21,804 nt of DNA from contig JBAYGS010000001.1 of assembly GCA_041666545.1 (NCBI GenBank), positions 1-21,804 of the forward strand, in the 5' to 3' direction. A program made the position numbers and the translations under genes. The DNA is from Minisyncoccota bacterium. Lineage in GTDB: Bacteria > Patescibacteriota > Minisyncoccia > Phycocordibacterales > JBAYGS01. Of the stretch, positions 1-7,843 are shown piece after piece (positions within the stretch are counted from its first letter, which is position 1; each line of letters starts with the position of its first letter). The notes beneath the pieces were generated by a model. That model was not told the DNA's origin and did not search any database. It saw only the letters and a program-made list of their open reading frames with translations.

Positions 1-1207
1 AACTGACCTCGCCACTTGGACAACCATCACGACTGTTCCGACTATCGTGAATGGTTGCAATACGGTTTCCACCACCACTCCGGCTATCGCGTCTTTCTAC
101 CAACTGGTGGCGCCGAGTGTGCCCCCAGTCTCTCCGACCGTTGCCGTCACCTTGACTCCGAGTGTGACTTCCGGCACAGCCCCGCTTAGTGGTGTCACTT
201 TTGCGGTGACGGTTTCCGGCACAGCTGTCGGCAGTTCAGTTTTGGATGTTGACTGCGATAACAATGGCGCAGTTGATTTTTCAACTACAACCAATCAAAC
301 AACTTTCACCACTGACGGCTCGTGTACTTACAGCACCGCTGGAACTTACACGGCTCACGCTTCGATTTTAAGACAGGGTGTTTCAGCAACGGCGGATGCG
401 ACGATAAATGTTTCGGCTCCAGTTGTTGCTAATGGTGGCAACGGAGGTGGTGGGGGAGGCAGTGGTGGTGGCGGAGCCCCATCTGGCGGGAACGGCCCAA
501 TTTCCGGAACGCTGGTTGTTTCAGTCGGTGGTTCCAATAATTCTCCGGCGTCAACTCCGGCCTCTGGTGGTGGCATTATTGGAAGCGGTACTCCTGCATC
601 TGCGCCACTTTCCTGTACTTACCTAAATTCATATCTTGGTAAGCAGAAGCAAAATGATTCGGCCGAAGTTCTGAAGTTGCAGGCCTTCCTTCGAGATACT
701 GAGAAGATTGATGTTCCCTTGAATGGAATTTATGATGATGCAACCGAGGTTGCAGTCATGGCCTTTCAGGTCAAATATTCAGCTGATGTCTTGGAACCTT
801 GGGCCACGACTACGCCGACCGGCTATGCCTACATCACTACCGTCAAGAAAGTAAACGACATCTTCTGTGGGTCACTTGATCCGAACTATGCCCCGACCGG
901 TCTGCCGGAACTTGTCCCTGATACCAGCATCCCCGTTGGCGCGGGTTCCCAGATCGGCAGTACGGCCACCTCGACTAATCTGGCCCTAACGAGCGAGGAA
1001 ATCCTTAAAGGACAAAATCTAGAGGCTACCTCAACCTTGCCGGTTACCGGATTGATAGGACTAAACATAGCGACAACTGGCTCAATTGCGACAAACAGTC
1101 CGCCTGTGATAGTTAGGATTCAATCAAACACCGCGACCGTTTTTAATGCCATCAGCAGTACAATCCTCGATGCCTTGAGGGCTCTCTGGGAGCGTCTGAA
1201 GCGATAA
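1..1207 (+). CDS. 5'-truncated Thr/Ser/Gly-rich secreted or surface protein with a C-terminal peptidoglycan-binding-like (PG_binding_1-type) domain
   Basis: The reading frame is open from base 2 to the TAA at 1205-1207, with no in-frame stop upstream, so the gene probably starts outside the window. It has long T/S/A/V-rich low-complexity stretches and a poly-Gly linker (GGNGGGGGGSGGGGAPSGGNG). The segment LKLQAFLRDTEKIDVPLNGIYDDATEVAVMAFQ resembles the helical peptidoglycan-binding repeat. Confidence 0.5.
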   Translation, partial: TDLATWTTITTVPTIVNGCNTVSTTTPAIASFYQLVAPSVPPVSPTVAVTLTPSVTSGTAPLSGVTFAVTVSGTAVGSSVLDVDCDNNGAVDFSTTTNQTTFTTDGSCTYSTAGTYTAHASILRQGVSATADATINVSAPVVANGGNGGGGGGSGGGGAPSGGNGPISGTLVVSVGGSNNSPASTPASGGGIIGSGTPASAPLSCTYLNSYLGKQKQNDSAEVLKLQAFLRDTEKIDVPLNGIYDDATEVAVMAFQVKYSADVLEPWATTTPTGYAYITTVKKVNDIFCGSLDPNYAPTGLPELVPDTSIPVGAGSQIGSTATSTNLALTSEEILKGQNLEATSTLPVTGLIGLNIATTGSIATNSPPVIVRIQSNTATVFNAISSTILDALRALWERLKR

Positions 1208-1347
1208 AGGACATGCATTTTGTCCTTTAGAAATGTCCTTTAGACACGGGACTCTCGGGTAGGTCAAAGTTATACACGCTAATCTGCCCAAATTGGGTAG
1301 GTTTTTGAGTTGGAGAAAACGGCCTTTTGGCTAGGGATTGACTCGCG

Positions 1348-1384
1348 GGCCCCGCACTTGTTGCAAATGCGGGGTCTTTAAAAC
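1348..1384 (+). terminator. Rho-independent terminator-like hairpin (CCCCGCA-cttgttgcaa-TGCGGGG) followed by TCTTTAAAA
   Basis: A GC-rich inverted repeat is followed by a T-rich tract, about 140 nt downstream of the stop of the 1..1207 gene. Confidence 0.4.
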
Positions 1385-1501
1385 GCTTGACCCCGTTAGA
1401 GATAGGTCATCAAGGATGACAGTAGATGTGGCTCTAGTCTCGCTTTTACTAAGTAAAATAAGGGAAAATCTGCCATTCTTAACAACAAATCTCTAACGGG
1501 G

Positions 1502-1529
1502 TTGACAAAAAAACTGGTTATGCTATACT
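1502..1529 (+). promoter_or_regulatory. Near-consensus sigma70-type promoter: TTGACA, 16-nt spacer, TATACT
   Basis: TTGACA lies at 1502-1507 and TATACT at 1524-1529 with canonical spacing. No protein-coding ORF of meaningful size lies downstream before the terminator at 1802-1835. Confidence 0.5.
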
Positions 1530-1536
1530 AGTATCA

Positions 1537-1835
1537 ATTCGGCTAGGAGTGCTTATGTCGTTGGCTAGGTCTCGTTGATGACCGCAAGCCCGCTCCCTCC
1601 CGAAGATAATAGTACAAACCCATCGGCGGCCCCCGCATGCGTTGCTAAGGGGCCATAATGAAAGAGTCTTGACCAACGGCCAAATCGCTAAACCGGTCAT
1701 GATTCTTGTATCCCGGCACCGGGCAAAACGCCCGACCAAAGGAGGTGAGTCCAATTCACTAGCTAAAATCATATAATTAAAACAAATCGGCGCGAGCCGT
1801 AGAGGTGGACCGCAAGGCCCACCTCTTTTTCTTTT
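1537..1835 (+). ncRNA. Candidate ~300-nt non-coding transcript bounded by the consensus promoter at 1502 and the intrinsic terminator at 1802
   Basis: There is no plus-strand ORF of 60 aa or more in the interval. The transcript would contain internal hairpins (GGCCCCCGCATGCGTTGCTAAGGGGCC at 1628-1654) and ends with GAGGTGGACC-gcaa-GGCCCACCTC followed by TTTTTCTTTT. Its identity is unknown. Confidence 0.3.
1802..1835 (+). terminator. Intrinsic terminator: GAGGTGGACC-gcaa-GGCCCACCTC followed by TTTTTCTTTT
   Basis: A perfect 10-bp GC-rich stem with a tetraloop is followed by a T-tract. Confidence 0.6.
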
Positions 1836-1991
1836 CCAGCTTTTATGATAATTTTTAGACAGAAAGGGGGTGTTGCTGATGACCGAAAATTCTGTGACGG
1901 GTGCTCTTACTTACTATGTTTGACTTCCTGTCACAGAGATCGGTGACCGTGTCCAAATCAACTCGCTATTACTACCACGCGCGGTCACCAC

Positions 1992-2031
1992 GGCCCCGCA
2001 CTTGCCTACAAGTGCGGGGCTTTTCTTTTTT
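1992..2031 (+). terminator. Intrinsic terminator: GGCCCCGCACTTG-ccta-CAAGTGCGGGGC followed by TTTTCTTTTTT
   Basis: An 11-12 bp GC-rich stem is followed by a T-tract. It is the same hairpin family as those at 1351, 2583 and 3713. Confidence 0.6.
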
Positions 2032-2072
2032 AAAATGGGGCATATAATTGCCAAAGGAAAGGAAATTCTGTT

Positions 2073-2558
2073 ATGGCTGATGATACTGAACGGGACAGTC
2101 AAGAAGGCTCCGGGCCTGGTCCATGTCTAAGCCCGCTAGGGCTTCTGGCTATCATTTGTGGTGAAGCCGAGGCTATTGAGTTGATGCAAAGAAGACTTCA
2201 AGTCCAGCTCGATACTTTGCATTTGGTTCTCACCAATGCCGATTTTAATCTGTGTATCGGTATCCTGAACTATCTCGAGAAGAGATTTCCGGACGAACAG
2301 CTGGTAGTTTTCAAACGTGCCTGTGACATGGCCGAAAATACCGGTCATCTCGGAATTCTCGAAGATTATCTGCAAAGAATACCAAGCGAGATTACAGGCT
2401 ATGCCATGCGGGAGTGGGAGAGGGCCTGTGAAAGGATTTTGAATCCTGAGGATGAGGAGGGGTCTCTGAATACTGGCCAGGGATCTGGCAGGGCAGAGGA
2501 GACTGAAACTCCGCCCAAGTCCGAGGAGCCACCGGCATCGTCTGGCTTTGCGGTTTAA
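2073..2558 (+). CDS. Hypothetical protein (161 aa) with an acidic C-terminus
   Basis: The ORF is preceded by AAGGAAAGGAAATTCTGTT then ATG, with a TATAAT-like box at 2044-2049 upstream, and is followed by a terminator module. No recognisable family. Confidence 0.5.
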   Translation: MADDTERDSQEGSGPGPCLSPLGLLAIICGEAEAIELMQRRLQVQLDTLHLVLTNADFNLCIGILNYLEKRFPDEQLVVFKRACDMAENTGHLGILEDYLQRIPSEITGYAMREWERACERILNPEDEEGSLNTGQGSGRAEETETPPKSEEPPASSGFAV

Positions 2559-2568
2559 AGTGAGTTCT

Positions 2569-2690
2569 TAAGAATTAAAACCGCCCCGACCTTGTAGCAA
2601 GCGTCGGGGCTTTCTCTTTCTCTCCTAATTTTTCCCCCTCTTTCTTCTCTTCTCTTTTTCATACCATATACCCTATACCTTATACTTCCT
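2569..2690 (+). repeat. Copy A of a repeated 3' module: conserved ~89-bp core (terminator hairpin CCCCGACCTTG-tag-CAAGCGTCGGGG, CT-rich tract, TTTTTCCCCCTCTTTCTTCTCTTC) followed by a short (TATAC[C/T]) microsatellite
   Basis: Bases 2569-2657 are nearly identical (1 mismatch over about 89 bp) to 3698-3786. It lies immediately 3' of the stop of the 2073..2558 gene. Confidence 0.8.
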
Positions 2691-2745
2691 ACCGTTGACA
2701 TTCTCGTCCTAAACTGATAGAACAAACCCAGAAAGGTTCTCTCAA

Positions 2746-3687
2746 ATGAAGACAATAAAAGAAATCAATCGATTGCAGAGACTCCAGTTTTCTCTCAGGT
2801 TGAAGCTTGGTAAGGATGCGTTGCCACAGATTAGAAAGGTGCTCGGTCTTACCGTTAACGATTCCCTGAGGGCCGGCATAGCGGAGCAAAAGAGGCATTT
2901 TATTCGTCGGGTCAAATCGGCCAAAAATTGTGTCCAGTGGGCGGGCCTGGCTAAGACCGATAACTTGGGCAAGAAACAGCGCGACCAGTATGCGGCCAAA
3001 GCCCTAAGGTTGGCCAAAACGAGCGACGACTGTCTCATGGCGGCCGAGGCGGCTGTCGAGGGGGGAGTCGTTTGGCGTAAAGCTGTGGACAAGGCCGAGA
3101 CGATAATTGGCACCCAACTGGTTCAGGCGACTGACATCAAGGTCGTTTCAGAAATCAATATCGAAAAATTGCCGACTTGGAGCAATATGCGAAAGTTGGT
3201 GACGGAGAAACTCAGAGTTCTTGCCATCAATGAATTCGCGAGTGCCCATACTACCGAGGATTGTTTACAGATCTCTCGGCGCACCTGGCAGTATTCCTTT
3301 CAGGTACCACTGTCAGGTCTGAATCATCAGATTTTGCGTCGGGCAGTAAAGCTGGCCGATACCGAGCAGAAGTGTCTTGCCGTTCGAAATTTCGGCAATG
3401 ATAGGATAATTCTGAAGTTGACAGAAAGAAAGCTTAAGAAGATTTTGACCGAAAGGCTCAACGAGGCCAAGACTTTTCAAGCTTGCTTTGATCTTTGGTC
3501 GAGGGCTCCACACAACAGCAGGATCGAGCGGCTCGTCATGAAGAAAACTTTCAAGCTGGCTCGGTCGGTGACTGATTGGGTGTCAGTCTGGGGCCGAGTG
3601 TGGCTCGACAAGGACAAGCGGGTTGTCATCCGGGCGCTTGCCAAATTGGCCGAGCGTGGCCGATTGGGCTGGTGTCTTCGTGAATGA
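2746..3687 (+). CDS. Hypothetical alpha-helical protein (313 aa)
   Basis: The long ORF starts at an ATG preceded by CCCAGAAAGGTTCTCTCAA and is followed by copy B of the terminator module. No recognisable family. Confidence 0.5.
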   Translation: MKTIKEINRLQRLQFSLRLKLGKDALPQIRKVLGLTVNDSLRAGIAEQKRHFIRRVKSAKNCVQWAGLAKTDNLGKKQRDQYAAKALRLAKTSDDCLMAAEAAVEGGVVWRKAVDKAETIIGTQLVQATDIKVVSEINIEKLPTWSNMRKLVTEKLRVLAINEFASAHTTEDCLQISRRTWQYSFQVPLSGLNHQILRRAVKLADTEQKCLAVRNFGNDRIILKLTERKLKKILTERLNEAKTFQACFDLWSRAPHNSRIERLVMKKTFKLARSVTDWVSVWGRVWLDKDKRVVIRALAKLAERGRLGWCLRE

Positions 3688-3697
3688 TCCACATTCC

Positions 3698-3905
3698 TAA
3701 GAATTAAAACCGCCCCGACCTTGTAGCAAGCGTCGGGGCTTTCTCTTTCTCTCTTAATTTTTCCCCCTCTTTCTTCTCTTCTTTTCTTCATACTTATACC
3801 TATACTTTATACTTATACTTCTTTTTCATACCATATACCCTATACCATATACTTCATACCTTCTTTTTCTACCATATACCATATACTATATACCTTATAC
3901 TTCTG
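3698..3905 (+). repeat. Copy B of the repeated 3' module, with an expanded ~115-bp TATAC[C/T]/TTCTTTTTC minisatellite (3790-3905) running up to the dnaX start region
   Basis: The core 3698-3786 matches 2569-2657. The downstream part contains three reiterations of a TTTTTC-(ATACC/TATAC)n unit where copy A has one. Confidence 0.8.
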
Positions 3906-3934
3906 TGCCCCTGCTTTTCTGCTATACTATCCCC

Positions 3935-4969
3935 ATGCACGAAGTCGCACTCTACCGAAAATATCGTCCAAAAAACTTCAAAGAAGTCTCCGGCCAGGAC
4001 GAGGTTGTCCGGGTTCTGGAAGGCGCGATTAAACAGGAGAAAATCGGCCACGCCTATATTTTTTCCGGCCCGCGCGGTACCGGCAAGACCTCTGTCGCAA
4101 GAATTTTCGCCGAAGCCATCGGCACTACCGGCAACGACCTCTACGAAATCGACGCCGCTTCAAACACCGGAGTCGACAACATTCGGGACTTGCGCGAGGC
4201 CATCAACACTCTGCCTTTCGAATCACCCTATAAAGTCTATCTAATAGACGAAGTGCACATGCTCTCCAAAGGCGCCTTCAACGCCTTGCTAAAGACCCTC
4301 GAAGAACCGCCCAAACACGCGATTTTCATTCTGGCTACCACCGAATTTCACAAAATTCCCGAGACGGTCGTTTCCCGTTGCCAAGTTTTCAGTTTCAAAA
4401 AGCCGTCTCTTTCCTTGCTCAAGGAGATGATTATTGATTTGGCGAAGCGCGAGGGTTTTACTCTCGAATCGGCCTCGGCCGATTTGGTGGCCCTCTTATC
4501 CGAAGGTTCCTTCCGCGACGCTCAAGTAATTCTCCAAAAAATCCTAAGTTCGGCCAAAGCTAAGAAAATTTCGAGTGAAGAAGTCGAGGCGATTACCGGC
4601 GCGCCGAAGGCGAGCCTGGTTAATCAATATTTGCAGGCGCTTGGTAGCGGGGAAGTCGAGCCGGGACTTCAAGCCTTGACGGAGGCCGAAAAACAAAATT
4701 TGGATATCAAAGTTTACGGCAAACTACTTTTACGCAAAGCGCGGGCAGTTTTAATTTTGAAGACCGCCCCGGGAATGGCGAAAAATCTTGAATCTGAATT
4801 TTCCGATTCCGATTTTGCTTTTCTCAAGGAATTGTCGGCAAACAAAAATTCTCGAATCAACTCTCCGGCTCTAATTGAAATCCTCACCGCCGTCGATCTC
4901 GTCGGCTACGCCTCAACCCAGACTTTACCTCTAGAATTGGCGCTGATAAAGTTGACGAATAATAAGTAG
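3935..4969 (+). CDS. dnaX: DNA polymerase III subunit gamma/tau (short form, AAA+ clamp-loader ATPase)
   Basis: The N-terminus YRPKNFKEVSGQDEVV is the DnaX signature. Walker A GPRGTGKTS, Walker B LIDEVHML and sensor-1 SRCQ are all present. The ORF opens at 3905 but the MHEVALYRKYRP start at 3935 fits DnaX N-termini. Confidence 0.8.
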   Translation: MHEVALYRKYRPKNFKEVSGQDEVVRVLEGAIKQEKIGHAYIFSGPRGTGKTSVARIFAEAIGTTGNDLYEIDAASNTGVDNIRDLREAINTLPFESPYKVYLIDEVHMLSKGAFNALLKTLEEPPKHAIFILATTEFHKIPETVVSRCQVFSFKKPSLSLLKEMIIDLAKREGFTLESASADLVALLSEGSFRDAQVILQKILSSAKAKKISSEEVEAITGAPKASLVNQYLQALGSGEVEPGLQALTEAEKQNLDIKVYGKLLLRKARAVLILKTAPGMAKNLESEFSDSDFAFLKELSANKNSRINSPALIEILTAVDLVGYASTQTLPLELALIKLTNNK

Positions 4970-5048
4970 CTAACAGCAAAGTAGTTTTTAATGGAGGTTG
5001 AAAAAAAGCCGTTTTTAAGGTAGTTTGTACGGTATCGTCTTTAGATAT

Positions 5049-5124
5049 TGGGGAGTGGTGTAACCGGTAACACGCTTGCCTTTGAAGCAAGAGACTCTAG
5101 GTTCGAAACCTAGCTCCCCAGCCA
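5049..5124 (+). tRNA. tRNA-Gln (anticodon UUG) with encoded CCA
   Basis: The sequence folds manually into a cloverleaf: acceptor TGGGGAG/CTCCCCA, D-stem GTGT/ACAC, anticodon stem CTTGC/GCAAG with loop CTTTGAA (anticodon TTG), T-arm CTAGG-TTCGAAA-CCTAG, discriminator G, then CCA. Confidence 0.8.
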
Positions 5125-5220
5125 GTTTGAGATAGGTTCGGACTCCAAGGAGCATCGTTCGACTCCTATGTCAGAGACGGTATATTTTGATTGGGTCTTA
5201 AGTTAGTGTGTAATGAAATC

Positions 5221-6438
5221 ATGAGCAAGAATCGACGAAAAAAGAAACGATACGTTCCCTATAAGCCGAAGCAGATGACTTCGATGGGTGTGTCATACAT
5301 GCCGAAACGCGTCAATGTTCTGAAACTTAACTCCTTACCACCATTGGTAGGCTTTGCTACAACCAATACTCCGGCAGGAAAAGAAGAATTAGTTCCTATA
5401 CTTGTTCGCGCTTATCTAACATCAGACGAGCGCGAATTCCATTTATATATGGAGCAAGTAAGCAACATCATTATCGAGAGGGCGAAGAAAGCAGGGATAA
5501 TCCTTTCCATTGATTCATTTGTCGAGTTTGTGCTTGTTATACATAAAGACGGCACAGGCGAACTTCATTTGGACGGGGCCGGCCGCGCAATCGAGATACT
5601 TACAAAGCGTACTGTCCAAGCCGGTGAAGCGGTTTACGGAGGAGATATTGGCGATATTCGTCGAATGAAGTATCACGCTTTGACCCCTGATCCCTCGGAT
5701 AAGATCGTCGCTTGTTTCAAGATTGGGTGGAAGTTTGGAATGTTCTTTGACCTTAGTGGTGAGCTGGATACGGATCGAATGGAGCGCGATTTGGCTACGC
5801 TTTACAAGCGTCTGCGCTACCAAGCGATGTATGAGGCACTTGCCGATGAAGCGACGGTCGAACGTATGACCAAAGCAGGTTGGTTCCCGTTTATCGAAGT
5901 CATTGGTGGTGACTTCGACCCACTAATAAAGGCATACAAAGCGGAGTTTGATATCGAGGCTAAGGAGAAACAACTTGTAGCCAAGTTCACTTCTGAACGC
6001 ATAGATAAGATTGCGGAGCGTTGGTGGCGAAACCCAGCGCTTGCTAAACACAAGACCGTGCTACAGGCTGGATTGGATGCATTCAAGGGTAACGACCCCG
6101 TTTCCTCTATAAAGAACATAATGACCGAAATCGAAGGTGTACTTGCGGATGTGCATTTGGCAGAGAAGGGATCGACGGCAAAGACTAAAGCATTGCTTAA
6201 ACATGCCGTAGAAAAGGGAGTGAAAAAAGTCGATGGCGAGGCATCGCTGTTCTTCCCGTCGAATTTCCTTGAATATCTTTTGAAAGTTGCGTACCCCGAT
6301 TTCGACCCTAACGCACCAGAAGTGGCTGGGGCTTCACGCCACACCGTCGGTCATGGGTATGCGGCCGGTGAGACATACACACAAGCACGTGCGCTCCAGG
6401 TGATACTCACGCTCGATCAAATCGTCTTCTATTTATAG
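5221..6438 (+). CDS. Hypothetical protein (about 405 aa) with a basic N-terminus (KNRRKKKRY) and a C-terminal SRHTVGHGY segment matching the HEPN Rx4-6H motif
   Basis: The ORF opens at a TTG at 5191; the first ATG is at 5221. It is the first gene after the tRNA and has no recognisable family. The C-terminal Rx4H motif is in the usual position for HEPN/Abi-type RNases; this assignment is inference. Confidence 0.5.
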   Translation: MSKNRRKKKRYVPYKPKQMTSMGVSYMPKRVNVLKLNSLPPLVGFATTNTPAGKEELVPILVRAYLTSDEREFHLYMEQVSNIIIERAKKAGIILSIDSFVEFVLVIHKDGTGELHLDGAGRAIEILTKRTVQAGEAVYGGDIGDIRRMKYHALTPDPSDKIVACFKIGWKFGMFFDLSGELDTDRMERDLATLYKRLRYQAMYEALADEATVERMTKAGWFPFIEVIGGDFDPLIKAYKAEFDIEAKEKQLVAKFTSERIDKIAERWWRNPALAKHKTVLQAGLDAFKGNDPVSSIKNIMTEIEGVLADVHLAEKGSTAKTKALLKHAVEKGVKKVDGEASLFFPSNFLEYLLKVAYPDFDPNAPEVAGASRHTVGHGYAAGETYTQARALQVILTLDQIVFYL

Positions 6439-6462
6439 GTTACCTCATTTCCGAGGAGAATT

Positions 6463-7185
6463 ATGCAAGATAGTTATATGGCAACTGGAATATTCTTTGC
6501 TCATCCACACACCCTTTTTAGTCAGGTGGAAAAGGTTTTAAAAAGAGTAGGTGCTCAGAAGTTTTTTACCAGTCCAGACGAAGAGGTGAAGAAGGCTCGA
6601 GAGGGATTTGCCGCCTATTTCTTCACGCTCACGATGAAGAAACACACCGGAAAGGACTGGTGGCTTGCACAGTATGACCAAGCCGAAAGAGCCTACCCAG
6701 ACTTCGACTTCATATCATTTGGGGAGACCCCAGAAAAGCTGGGTGCGGAATCTGTGGAATTAACTGGTGTCTACTCACACTTCAAGTCATTTGAGGAGAT
6801 GGCAAAGGTTGTTGAGAAAAAGCAGAAACAATATGGCGATAAGCCTGTTAAGTTCAGTTTATTGATATTCGTGAACCATGAGAAAAGCGAGGAGTGGATC
6901 AACCTCCTTAGGGAACGTCTGACAACCGAACATCCGTTTATAAGCATTTGGACAATTCACTTACGATTCAAGAAGGGTGGTCAGGAAGTCGGAAAGGCGG
7001 TCGCTCAGAGAATTAGACCATTGCCTGGATTGAGAGTTGAAGCTGATACTGATGATCCAAAAACTCACAAAAGACAACCTCTCCTGAGCTATATGGAAGA
7101 GAAGAGTGAGAACGGTACTAACTACGTTATCTTTAGACAAGAGTTTATTGATAAAATAATGTCATTCCGAGGAGCATCAAAATGA
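6463..7185 (+). CDS. Hypothetical protein (240 aa)
   Basis: A good RBS (GAGGAGAATT then ATG) 24 nt after the preceding stop makes it operon-like with the upstream gene. No recognisable family. Confidence 0.55.
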   Translation: MQDSYMATGIFFAHPHTLFSQVEKVLKRVGAQKFFTSPDEEVKKAREGFAAYFFTLTMKKHTGKDWWLAQYDQAERAYPDFDFISFGETPEKLGAESVELTGVYSHFKSFEEMAKVVEKKQKQYGDKPVKFSLLIFVNHEKSEEWINLLRERLTTEHPFISIWTIHLRFKKGGQEVGKAVAQRIRPLPGLRVEADTDDPKTHKRQPLLSYMEEKSENGTNYVIFRQEFIDKIMSFRGASK

Positions 7186-7254
7186 TAGAACAAAAGTAGT
7201 CAAATAAGCTTTGTTGGGCTTGATGGTAAAATTTACGAGACCGAGGAGGCCAGC

Positions 7255-7809
7255 ATGGAATTTTTAGTTGCAATAAAAGATTTTCTCTCCAGCCATGATT
7301 TTCAGGTATCTTTTTGGTCAGAGGTAATTGTGGCGGCAGTGGTCGGCTTTGTTGTGTATCAATATACTGATGTATTTAAATCGCCAAACCTTTGTTTTGT
7401 TGTGAAGCAGGATGGATTTTATAGAGACACTATTCTTCTTGTCGAGAATGGCGATGATTATACTGCGAGATTTCAGTTTGCTATAAGAAATAGCGGGAAT
7501 AAGGCACTGAAGGCAGGTGAGGGATATTGGCACTTGTATGTAAATACGAATTTACCCACAATATTTTCCGTCCCAGAAGAGCACGACCACAACAGGGACT
7601 TAATTCGAGGCACAATCTACCCGGGGTCATTTCTTGACATTGATTTAGTCTACGAATTGAAAGTAAAGAAAGAGGATATAGGCGAAAAAGAAATCCCCTA
7701 TTTTTTTAGTACCGACCATGGACAGTATCCAGCAATGGCAGAGATCGATCCGGCGACAGGAAAAGTTTTGTTCAAGAACATGGGTTATATTAAATTTGAG
7801 TTACCGTAA
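7255..7809 (+). CDS. Hypothetical protein (184 aa) with one N-terminal transmembrane helix
   Basis: The RBS is GAGGAGGCCAGC then ATG. A hydrophobic segment FWSEVIVAAVVGFVVYQY sits near the N-terminus. Confidence 0.55.
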   Translation: MEFLVAIKDFLSSHDFQVSFWSEVIVAAVVGFVVYQYTDVFKSPNLCFVVKQDGFYRDTILLVENGDDYTARFQFAIRNSGNKALKAGEGYWHLYVNTNLPTIFSVPEEHDHNRDLIRGTIYPGSFLDIDLVYELKVKKEDIGEKEIPYFFSTDHGQYPAMAEIDPATGKVLFKNMGYIKFELP

Positions 7810-7843
7810 TTAAATTAGTTGCCGGGACATTAGTGTTGCGTAT

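Noticed and set aside
2555-2755. Minus-strand 66-aa ORF (MSSFERTF...KKRREERGGKIRRERESPDACYKVGAVLILKNSL) and its paralogue-like twin at 3477..3791
   Set aside because: Both are translations of the repeated terminator and CT-rich module read on the opposite strand. The shared peptide reflects DNA repeat identity, not a gene family, and the ORFs overlap terminator hairpins and a microsatellite.
3790-3905. TATAC/ATACC-rich repetitive tract considered as a possible CRISPR array
   Set aside because: The units are 5-6 bp with no 25-40-bp direct repeats separated by unique spacers. It is a microsatellite or minisatellite.
4005-4244. 79-aa plus-strand ORF in an alternative frame within dnaX, and 5515..5823 and 5817..6344 antisense ORFs within the 5221..6438 gene
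   Set aside because: They overlap better-supported longer genes, lack RBS signals and have biased composition typical of off-frame translation.
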